A stretch of 64,000 nt of DNA from Thermoleophilaceae bacterium (GTDB taxonomy: Bacteria; Actinomycetota; Thermoleophilia; Solirubrobacterales; Thermoleophilaceae), in contig JBBJNU010000001.1 in the NCBI GenBank assembly GCA_037721005.1, forward strand, positions 782 to 64,781, in the 5' to 3' direction. Below the pieces are notes generated by a model. That model saw only the letters and a program-made list of their open reading frames with translations. It was not told where the DNA came from and did not search any database. The position numbers were made by a program, and so were the translations under genes. Shown one piece after another: positions 19,808-26,942 of the stretch. Numbering within the stretch: position 1 is the first letter of the stretch; the number at the start of each line of letters is the position of its first letter.

Positions 19808-20680
19808 TCAGCGAGGCTGCCAGGAGGGCTCGGAGAAGTCGATCGCGTCGCCCGTGTCATCGATCACCTGACGTACCAGGCGCCCGTCGCTCACCCGCAC
19901 CGTTCGAAGCCCCTTGAGGTCGATCACCAGCAGCTTGCCGTCGGGCGAAAAGACCGGGGTGCGGCAGCCCGAGCAGCGCACGACCCTCCGAGCCCTGCGG
20001 CCGTCCGCGCGAGCTACGTAGATTCCGCCCGAGCGGGAAAAGGCCAGCGAGCGTCCGTCGGGCGACCAGCTCGGCTCGCGGCCGGTCGTGATCCGTCGCC
20101 GCTTGCTCCCGTCGGGCCTCGAGCTGAAGATGGCGCCGTTGCGTACGTAGGCGATCACGTTGCGCTCAGACCAGTCGGGTGCGGAGGCGCCGGCCGCGAG
20201 CCGGCGGGCGGCCCCGCCGTCGAGGCTCCTCACGAAGATCGCCTGTGCTGTGGCCGCGCGTCCGTGGAACACGAGCTGGCGCCCCGACGGAGAGAAGGCA
20301 GGGTTGGAATCATCGGCGCTCGATCTCGATAGGCGCTTGAAGCCACTCTTGTCCGCGTTGATCAGGGCGAGAGAATCTCCTGCGTCGAACGCGAGACGCT
20401 TGCCATCCGGGGCCCAGGCCGGAGCTCGATACTCAGCGTCACAGTCGCTTCCCTCCTCCGGCTCGCCGTTCATCCGCGCGCACTCGCGCAGGAATCGGGC
20501 GTCGCGTCCACGGCCCCTGCCGTTCGGTGCGAGAGTGATCAGCGCCTCGGTCACGAAGCCCTCGCCCTCGTCGATCGTCTGCGAAGCAGCGACCCGCCCG
20601 TTGGCACCCGGAAAGGTGGCTTGCGCGGCGGGCGCGGCGCCCAGAACGACCAGCGCGGCAACCAGGAAGAGACGCCTCAT
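19808..20680 (-). CDS. secreted PD40/TolB-like beta-propeller repeat protein
   Basis: Signal peptide MRRLFLVAALVVLGAAPAAQA. Repeated ...P.WSPDG..LAF... PD40 motifs. Confidence 0.6.
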   Translation of the reverse strand: MRRLFLVAALVVLGAAPAAQATFPGANGRVAASQTIDEGEGFVTEALITLAPNGRGRGRDARFLRECARMNGEPEEGSDCDAEYRAPAWAPDGKRLAFDAGDSLALINADKSGFKRLSRSSADDSNPAFSPSGRQLVFHGRAATAQAIFVRSLDGGAARRLAAGASAPDWSERNVIAYVRNGAIFSSRPDGSKRRRITTGREPSWSPDGRSLAFSRSGGIYVARADGRRARRVVRCSGCRTPVFSPDGKLLVIDLKGLRTVRVSDGRLVRQVIDDTGDAIDFSEPSWQPR

Positions 20681-20728
20681 GCTCGTCTCAACCCTATCGG
20701 CGGCCCGAGGTTGCGCCCCCGGGGTCGG

Positions 20729-22030
20729 TCATCCGAGCAGAGCGGCGAGATCCCCGGCGAAGTCGGGGTAGGAGATCGCTGCCGCCTCCATGCCGGACAC
20801 CTCCACCCCATCGGTGGACGCCAGGCCCGCTATGGCGCCGAGCATGGCCATGCGGTGGTCACCGCGGGCGTCCATTGCGCCGCCGGGGAGGGGACCGCCG
20901 TCGCCGCGCACCACGAACCCATCCGGGGTGCCCTCGACATCGGCCCCGAGCGCCCCGAGAGTCTCCACGATCGCCTCGATGCGGTCGGACTCCTTATGGC
21001 GCAGCTCCCCAGCGCCGCGCACCACGGTCTCGCCGTCGGCGAACGCGCCGAGCAGGCCCACGAGCGTGAGCTCGTCGATGGCCAGCGGCACCTCATCCGG
21101 CGAGACCTCGGTGCCCTCGAGCGGAGCCCAGGCCACGTCGAGCTCCCCGACCGGCTCGTCGTCGGCCAGCGTTCCCGGCTCCTCGAGGTCACCCAGGATC
21201 ACCCCGCCCATCCGCTGGGCGATGCGTAGGAAGCCGGTGCGCGTCCAGTTCAGGCCGACGTTCTCGATCACCACCCGCGAGCCGGGCACGAGGCAGGCTG
21301 CGGCCACCATGAACGCCGCGGAGGAAGGGTCGCCTGGCACGGTGATCTCGTCCAGCTCGAGCTCGTCGACCTCCCCCACGGTCATCTTCAACCCGTCGCG
21401 CTTGAAGGGAACACGCGCGCGGCGCAGCATTCGCTCGGTGTGGTCGCGGCTGTGGCTCGCCTCGGTGATCGTAGTCTTCCCCGCCGCCAGCAGGCCGGCG
21501 ATCAGCACGCACGACTTCACCTGGGCGCTGGCCACCGGCAGCTGATAGTCGATGCCGTGGAGGTTCGTGCCGCGCACCTTGAGCGGGGGCAGCCGGTCCT
21601 CCCTCGCCTCCACGCCGGCGCCCATCATCTTCAGCGGCTCCACGACCCGATCGACAGGCCGTCGCCGGATCGACTCGTCCCCGTCGAGCACCCATTCGCC
21701 CCCGGGCTGGCCCGCGAGCCATCCCGGCAGGAGGCGCAGAAGCGTTCCCGAGTTGCCCACGTCGAGTCTGCCGCCCGTGGCCTCGAGGGCTGCGTGCAGT
21801 CCCACGCCGCGGATCACCAGCGCCCCCGGCACGCTCTCCTCCTCGATGCCGGCCCCCAGGCGCAGGAGCGCCTCGAGGGTGGACTGCGTGTCGGCCGAGT
21901 TGAGGTAGTTGCGGACCGCCACGGGCTCGTCGCACATGGCTCCGAAGAGGGCGGCGCGGTGCGAGATCGACTTGTCGGCGGGGGGCCGGAAGCGCCCGCG
22001 GAGCGGTCCGGACGGCTCGAAGCGGCTCAC
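20729..22030 (-). CDS. aroA: 3-phosphoshikimate 1-carboxyvinyltransferase (EPSP synthase)
   Basis: 433 aa; PADKSISHRA, LDVGNSGTLLRLL and HKESDRI motifs. Confidence 0.92.
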   Translation of the reverse strand: MSRFEPSGPLRGRFRPPADKSISHRAALFGAMCDEPVAVRNYLNSADTQSTLEALLRLGAGIEEESVPGALVIRGVGLHAALEATGGRLDVGNSGTLLRLLPGWLAGQPGGEWVLDGDESIRRRPVDRVVEPLKMMGAGVEAREDRLPPLKVRGTNLHGIDYQLPVASAQVKSCVLIAGLLAAGKTTITEASHSRDHTERMLRRARVPFKRDGLKMTVGEVDELELDEITVPGDPSSAAFMVAAACLVPGSRVVIENVGLNWTRTGFLRIAQRMGGVILGDLEEPGTLADDEPVGELDVAWAPLEGTEVSPDEVPLAIDELTLVGLLGAFADGETVVRGAGELRHKESDRIEAIVETLGALGADVEGTPDGFVVRGDGGPLPGGAMDARGDHRMAMLGAIAGLASTDGVEVSGMEAAAISYPDFAGDLAALLG

Positions 22031-23085
22031 GCCTGCGCTACAGGGAAGCCGAGGGCTTCGATGAGCTCACCGGCGCGCGCGGAGTCGGCCTCTCCGGCCA
22101 CGACCAGGGTCATGGCCCCGGAACGCATGTCCGACGCGGGCGCCAGGCCGAGATCGACGATGTTCACCCCTGCTTTGCCGAGGGCGAGAGCCACCTGGGC
22201 GACGATACCGGGACGGTTGGGCACCGTGAGGCGTAGCTCGTGAAGTTGCCCGCCGGCGTGATCGGCGTCGTGCAGCCGGCGCCGATCGATTGCCGCGCTC
22301 TCGTTCCACTCGGTGAGAGCAGCGGGGTCGCCGGCGCGCAGGGTCTTGGCAGCCGCCTGTAGACGGTCCACGGCGCCGTCGATCTCGGCGGCGATCGCGT
22401 CGCGGTTGGCAATGTAGATGTCGGTCCAAATCGCCGAGTTGGCTCCGGCCACGCGGGTGGCGTCGCGGAAGCTGGGGCCCACCCGGGGCAGGTCGCCGCG
22501 TCCGGCGGCCTGGGACACCAGCACGTTGGCGAGCACGTGGGGAAGGTGGCTGACGGCGGCCAGCAGGCGGTCGTGCGATTCGGGGTCGATGGCCATTGGC
22601 CTCGCGCCGAGAGCGGTCAGGAAGCGATGCAGGCGCTCGAGCACGATGCCCGAGGACGTGGCTGACGGCGTCAGGTACCAGACGGCGCCCTCGAAGAGAT
22701 CGGCTCGCGCGTGCTCCACCCCCGCGGTCTCCGCCCCGGCCACGGGGTGGCCGCCCACGAAGCGCTCGTCGGCCACGCCCTCTACGAGCTCACCCTTCAC
22801 CGAGCCCACGTCGGTCACGCCGCAGCCGGGCGGAGCGGCGGCCAGGGCGCCGGCCACCTGTTCGGGCAGGGCGCCGACGGGGCCGCAGCAGAAGCACAGC
22901 TCCGCCTCCGCGAGGGCCTCATCGAGCGAGCCGGCCGCACGGTCGATTGCGCCGAGCTCGACCGCTCGTGCCAAGCGCTCGGGCGAGCGTCCGAAACCGA
23001 CCACCTCGACCTCCTCGGCCCGCTCACGGGCGGCCAGCCCGATCGAGCCGCCGATGAGGCCCACGCCCAGGATTGCGATGTTCAC
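22027..23085 (-). CDS. tyrA: prephenate dehydrogenase with C-terminal ACT domain
   Basis: N-terminal Rossmann motif ILGVGLIGGSIG, GGHPVAG catalytic motif and an ACT-like tail. The GTG start overlaps the vapC stop (GTGA). Confidence 0.85.
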   Translation of the reverse strand: MNIAILGVGLIGGSIGLAARERAEEVEVVGFGRSPERLARAVELGAIDRAAGSLDEALAEAELCFCCGPVGALPEQVAGALAAAPPGCGVTDVGSVKGELVEGVADERFVGGHPVAGAETAGVEHARADLFEGAVWYLTPSATSSGIVLERLHRFLTALGARPMAIDPESHDRLLAAVSHLPHVLANVLVSQAAGRGDLPRVGPSFRDATRVAGANSAIWTDIYIANRDAIAAEIDGAVDRLQAAAKTLRAGDPAALTEWNESAAIDRRRLHDADHAGGQLHELRLTVPNRPGIVAQVALALGKAGVNIVDLGLAPASDMRSGAMTLVVAGEADSARAGELIEALGFPVAQA

Positions 23086-23468
23086 GAGCGTGCCTGTCCG
23101 GCGATGCGCCTCAGCCGTTCGTCAAAGGTCAGCAGTTCAGCCTGGCGTTCGATTGCGGTTGCCAGCACAAGTGCGTCCCCAAGCCTCAACCCACGATGAT
23201 CGGCACGCAACCTTGCCGCCCGTCTCGCCAGCGTTGCGTCGATTGCGACGATCTCAGTGCCGGAGTCCTCCACGAAGCCCTCCACGGCCGCCTCTTGCCC
23301 TTTGCGGAGGGGCCCAACGAGTGTTTCCAGATAAGCGCTCGCCGCCAAGAGGAAGTCATCACGACGCCGGGCTCTCTCCGTGAGTTCACTCCAAGCTCGA
23401 TGATGATGTGCGTCGTTGGGCTCGAGGAGGCCGATGACCACGCTCGCGTCGAGCGCTACCGATCCCAC
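23082..23468 (-). CDS. vapC: PIN-domain ribonuclease toxin (VapC family)
   Basis: 128 aa with N-terminal LDASVVI acidic motif and a later ...D..LVLATAI... pattern. Overlaps the upstream antitoxin ORF by 13 nt. Confidence 0.75.
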   Translation of the reverse strand: MGSVALDASVVIGLLEPNDAHHHRAWSELTERARRRDDFLLAASAYLETLVGPLRKGQEAAVEGFVEDSGTEIVAIDATLARRAARLRADHRGLRLGDALVLATAIERQAELLTFDERLRRIAGQARS

Positions 23469-23677
23469 TCGTCGCGCAGATCGTCGAGGTACCCGGGCGG
23501 ATAGGTGCCAGGCGGCAGGCTGCCGGCGTAGCGCTGGATGACGTCGACGACGCTCTCCAGCTCGACACGTCCGCGACCGACCGCTCGGACGCGCAGCTCA
23601 TCCCCGGCATCGAGCCCCGCTTCGCGCATGACCTCGACCGGAATCGTAATCTGGTTCTTGCTCGATACCTTGGCCAT
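23456..23677 (-). CDS. vapB: AbrB/MazE/SpoVT-type antitoxin (VapB-like)
   Basis: MAKVSSKNQITIPVEVMREAGL is a classic SpoVT/AbrB swapped-hairpin N-terminus; 73 aa. Confidence 0.75.
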   Translation of the reverse strand: MAKVSSKNQITIPVEVMREAGLDAGDELRVRAVGRGRVELESVVDVIQRYAGSLPPGTYPPGYLDDLRDEWDR

Positions 23678-23678
23678 G

Positions 23679-23705
23679 CTTTACTAAGTTAGCATTCGAG
23701 TAAAG
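23679..23705 (-). promoter_or_regulatory. AT-rich inverted repeat CTTTACT-N13-AGTAAAG directly upstream of vapB (candidate TA operator/promoter)
   Basis: Read directly. It sits in a 34-bp, roughly 35 % GC gap between the DAHP synthase stop and the vapB start, and contains the inner palindrome CTAAGTTAG. Confidence 0.4.
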
Positions 23706-23711
23706 GCGCAT

Positions 23712-24782
23712 CTAGACCGTACGCCTCTTCCGCACCGCCGCCGCCAACCCGTCGAGCACCGCCTCGGTGGTCTCCCAGTCCATGCACGCGTCAGTGATCG
23801 ACTGCCCGTAGGTGAGAGGCCCGCTCCCGAGGTCCTGGCGCCCTGCCACGAGGAAGGACTCGAGCATCAGACCTACGATCGCCCGGTTACCCCCCGCCAC
23901 CTGGGAGCCGACGTCCGCGGCGACGGCGGGCTGGCGCCCCTCGTCCTTGCCGCTGTTGTCGTGCGAGGCGTCGATCACCACCCTCTCGGGGAGCCCGGCG
24001 GCTCGCAGCCTCTCCAGGGCGTGAGCCACCGCCGCAGGCGAGTAGTTGGGCTCGCCGCGGCCTCCGCGCAGGATCACGTGGCAGTCGAGGTTGCCCCGGG
24101 TGTGGTGGATCGCCGGCGCACCGCTTCGGGCGATACCGGCGAAGGCGTGGCTTGCGGCGGCCGCGCGCACGGCGTCCACCGCCACCTGGACGTCCCCGTC
24201 GGTGCGGTTCTTGAAGCCCACGGGCATGGACAGGCCCGACCCGAGCTGGCGGTGGATCTGGCTCTCGGTGGTGCGCGCGCCGATGGCCCCCCAGGCCACG
24301 GTGTCCGAGATGTACTGAGGGGTGATCGGGTCGAGGAACTCACACCCCACCGGCAGCCGGAGGGCGAGCACCTCGAGCAGCAGCTCGCGCGCCATGCGCA
24401 GGCCCGTGTTCACGTCACCCGAGTCGTCGAGGTGGGGATCGTTGATCATCCCCTTCCATCCCGTGGTGGTGCGGGGCTTCTCGAAGTACACCCGCATCGC
24501 CACGCGCAGGTCCGACTCCAGGGCCTTCGAGCGCTCGGCCAGCCTGCCCGCGTACTCGCGCGCGGCCTCTCTGTCGTGCACGCTGCAGGGCCCCACCACC
24601 GCCAGGAGGCGGTCGTCGGTGCCCTGGAGGATGGCGGCCACCTCCTCCCGGCCGCGTGTTACGACCTGCTCCTGCTCGGCACTGAGGGCCAGCTCATTCA
24701 GAAGGCTCTCCGGGCTGGTGAGCGCCTCTACGCGCTCGATTCGCCGGTCGCTGACCCCGTCTGGCGCCTGAGGACTCGTCAT
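23712..24782 (-). CDS. aroG: 3-deoxy-7-phosphoheptulonate (DAHP) synthase, class I-alpha (AroG/F/H type)
   Basis: 356 aa; ...LLAVVGPCSVHD..., KPRTTTGWKG and IDASHDNS motifs. Confidence 0.88.
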   Translation of the reverse strand: MTSPQAPDGVSDRRIERVEALTSPESLLNELALSAEQEQVVTRGREEVAAILQGTDDRLLAVVGPCSVHDREAAREYAGRLAERSKALESDLRVAMRVYFEKPRTTTGWKGMINDPHLDDSGDVNTGLRMARELLLEVLALRLPVGCEFLDPITPQYISDTVAWGAIGARTTESQIHRQLGSGLSMPVGFKNRTDGDVQVAVDAVRAAAASHAFAGIARSGAPAIHHTRGNLDCHVILRGGRGEPNYSPAAVAHALERLRAAGLPERVVIDASHDNSGKDEGRQPAVAADVGSQVAGGNRAIVGLMLESFLVAGRQDLGSGPLTYGQSITDACMDWETTEAVLDGLAAAVRKRRTV

Positions 24783-24788
24783 GGGTGC

Positions 24789-25817
24789 TCAGGCCGGTAC
24801 GGCGACGCGCTTGCCGGCTATCTCCGCCACCTGCTCGACCTGGCGCAGGTACGCGGCGAACTCGTCGGCGCGCAGGGCTTGGGACCCGTCGCAGATGGCG
24901 GACTCGGGCTCTGGATGAACCTCGACAATGATGCCGTCAGCCCCGGCCGCGGCGGCGGCCATCGACATCGAAGGCACCAGATCCCGCCGGCCCGCGGCGT
25001 GGCTCGGGTCCACCACCACCGGCAGATGGGTGAGCTCCTTGAGAACGGGGATGGCCATCAGGTCGAGGGTGAAGCGGTAGCCGGTCTCGAACGTGCGAAT
25101 CCCGCGTTCGCAGAGGATCACGTCTGAAGTGCCCCCCTTCAGCACGTACTCCGCAGCCATCAGCAGCTCCTCGATGGTCGAGGAGAAGCCCCGCTTGATG
25201 AGCACCGGGCGGCCCGCTTTCCCCACCTCGGTGAGCAGCGTGTAGTTCTGCATGTTGCGGGCGCCGAGCTGGATCACGTCGGCCACCTCGAGCACTGGCT
25301 CGAGGTCGCGCACGTCCATCAGCTCCGTGACCACCGGCAGGCCGGTGAGCTCCTTGGCCTCCGCGAGCAGCGCCAAGCCTTCCTCTCCCAGCCCCTGGAA
25401 GGAGTACGGAGACGTACGCGGCTTGTAGGCCCCCCCACGCAGCATCTGAGCGCCCGCCTCCTTGACGGCGCGGGCTGTGTCGAGCAGGGAGTCACGCGAC
25501 TCGACCGTGCAGGGCCCGGCGATGGTGGCGAAGTGCTCACCCCCGATCTTGGCGCCGGCGATGTCGAGCGTGGTGGGCGCCCCGTGGGTGACCTGCAGGG
25601 AAGCCAGCTTGTAGGGACGCGATATGGGGACCATGTGGTCCACTCCGGGCACGCCCTCGAGCTCCAGGTCAGCCACCTGCTCCTGATCCCCGATGGCGCC
25701 GATCACAGACTGCAGCTCGCCCTCGATCACGTGTGCTCGCGCGCCCGAAGCCTCGACCCGCGCTACCACCGAACGCACCTCTTCGGGAGTCGCCTCCTCT
25801 TTCATCACGATCATCAT
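24789..25817 (-). CDS. DAHP synthase, class I-beta with N-terminal ferredoxin-like/ACT regulatory domain
   Basis: MMIVMKEEATPEEV...VIGAIGD regulatory domain, then the KDO8PS-like core (GPCTVES, RGGAYKPRTSPYSFQG, DPSHAAG). ATG 25817 is preceded by AAGGAAAG. The track start at 25832 is TTG. Confidence 0.85.
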   Translation of the reverse strand: MMIVMKEEATPEEVRSVVARVEASGARAHVIEGELQSVIGAIGDQEQVADLELEGVPGVDHMVPISRPYKLASLQVTHGAPTTLDIAGAKIGGEHFATIAGPCTVESRDSLLDTARAVKEAGAQMLRGGAYKPRTSPYSFQGLGEEGLALLAEAKELTGLPVVTELMDVRDLEPVLEVADVIQLGARNMQNYTLLTEVGKAGRPVLIKRGFSSTIEELLMAAEYVLKGGTSDVILCERGIRTFETGYRFTLDLMAIPVLKELTHLPVVVDPSHAAGRRDLVPSMSMAAAAAGADGIIVEVHPEPESAICDGSQALRADEFAAYLRQVEQVAEIAGKRVAVPA

Positions 25818-25980
25818 GTCTTTCCTTTTCAAGCCTCTCAGGTATATGTACGTATCCGGCGGGGTGGTGGGCCTGTTGCAGAGGCCCGGGCTAGCGGCGT
25901 CCGGGGCGGAGGTCCGAGGCTCTCGGCGTCGTGCCGAAACCTCTCGAGCTCAGACGCGGCAGGAGGCCGCGGCCGGACGC

Positions 25981-26073
25981 CTAGCTAAATCGCCAATACC
26001 ACGAGGCACGCCGACGGAGGCCGCGCGGGGCGGCTTCGCTGGGGGTCGGCGTGGTGAGGCGATGCATCGGCAT
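25981..26073 (-). CDS. candidate attenuation leader peptide MPMHRLTTPTPSEAAPRGLRRRASWYWRFS
   Basis: 30-codon ORF found by hand translation of the operon leader. TGG TAT TGG CGA TTT lies directly before the stop. It is below the size cut-off of the ORF track and has no strong SD. Confidence 0.4.
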   Translation of the reverse strand: MPMHRLTTPTPSEAAPRGLRRRASWYWRFS

Positions 26074-26096
26074 CACTTCTAGCAGAAGGGAGGCAG

Positions 26097-26939
26097 GTGC
26101 ACAACGGGCTTGCGCGGTTAGAGTCCGACCGCGTGATCGAGCTGCAGTCGCACTCCACCGTCTCCGACGGCGAACTCGAGCCCGCAGGGGTGGTGGAGGC
26201 CGCTGCGGCGGCCGGGGTCACCACCCTCTCGCTCTCCGACCATGACGCCATCGACGGCCTCGAGGCGGCCTCCGAGGCGGCCAAGGCCGCGGGGATCGAA
26301 CTGGTGCCCGCGGTCGAGATGTCCTGCGGGCATCCCGTCGCCGAGGAGCTGCACATGCTCGGCTACTGGATCGACCTCGACACTATCGCCGCCGCCTGCA
26401 AACGGGCCCAGGCCGAGCGCGTGGCCCGGGCCGAGGAGATCATCGCCAACCTCAACCAGGCGGGCGTGGAGGTCACCCTCGAGGGGGCGATCGAGCAGGC
26501 CGGCGACGCTGCCTCGGTCGGGCGCCCGCACATCGCCAAGGCGGCGGGGGTCACCGACATGGGCCCCTTCTTCGAGAAGTACCTGATCCCCGGCACGCCC
26601 ACCTTCGTGCCGCGGCGCTGGCCCTCCACGCCGGAGGCCGTGGATCTGATCCACGGCGCGGGGGGCGCGGCGGTGCTCGCCCATCCCTTCTGGGATCTCG
26701 ATGAGCCGCAGACCGTGGCCGACCTGATCGACGAGCTCGACCTCGACGGCGTGGAGGTCTTCTATCCCTCCCACACCCACGAGCAGACCGAGTTCCTCGT
26801 GGGCCTGTGCCGCGACCGAGGGCTCGCCCTCACCGCCTCGTCGGACTTCCACGGACCCGACCACAAGATGTTCTCCCGCTTCGGCGCCTACGACACCTAC
26901 GGCCTGGCCCAGCCGGAGGTGCCGGCCCGGCCGAGCTGA
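26097..26939 (+). CDS. PHP-domain metal-dependent phosphoesterase (TrpH/YciV, COG0613 type); start 26097 or GTG 26133
   Basis: IELQSHSTVSDG N-terminal His motif; later HP..., DG.EV.. and SSDFHGP motifs of the PHP fold. Confidence 0.75.
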   Translation: MHNGLARLESDRVIELQSHSTVSDGELEPAGVVEAAAAAGVTTLSLSDHDAIDGLEAASEAAKAAGIELVPAVEMSCGHPVAEELHMLGYWIDLDTIAAACKRAQAERVARAEEIIANLNQAGVEVTLEGAIEQAGDAASVGRPHIAKAAGVTDMGPFFEKYLIPGTPTFVPRRWPSTPEAVDLIHGAGGAAVLAHPFWDLDEPQTVADLIDELDLDGVEVFYPSHTHEQTEFLVGLCRDRGLALTASSDFHGPDHKMFSRFGAYDTYGLAQPEVPARPS

Positions 26940-26942
26940 GCC

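Noticed and set aside
26097-26132. Certainty about the PHP gene start at GTG 26097 (preceded by GGGAGG).
   Set aside because: The SD spacing is only 3 nt, and homologues usually begin just before the HSHS motif, which favours GTG 26133. I kept the longer coordinates but flagged the ambiguity. The choice matters for the space available to the divergent attenuator promoter.
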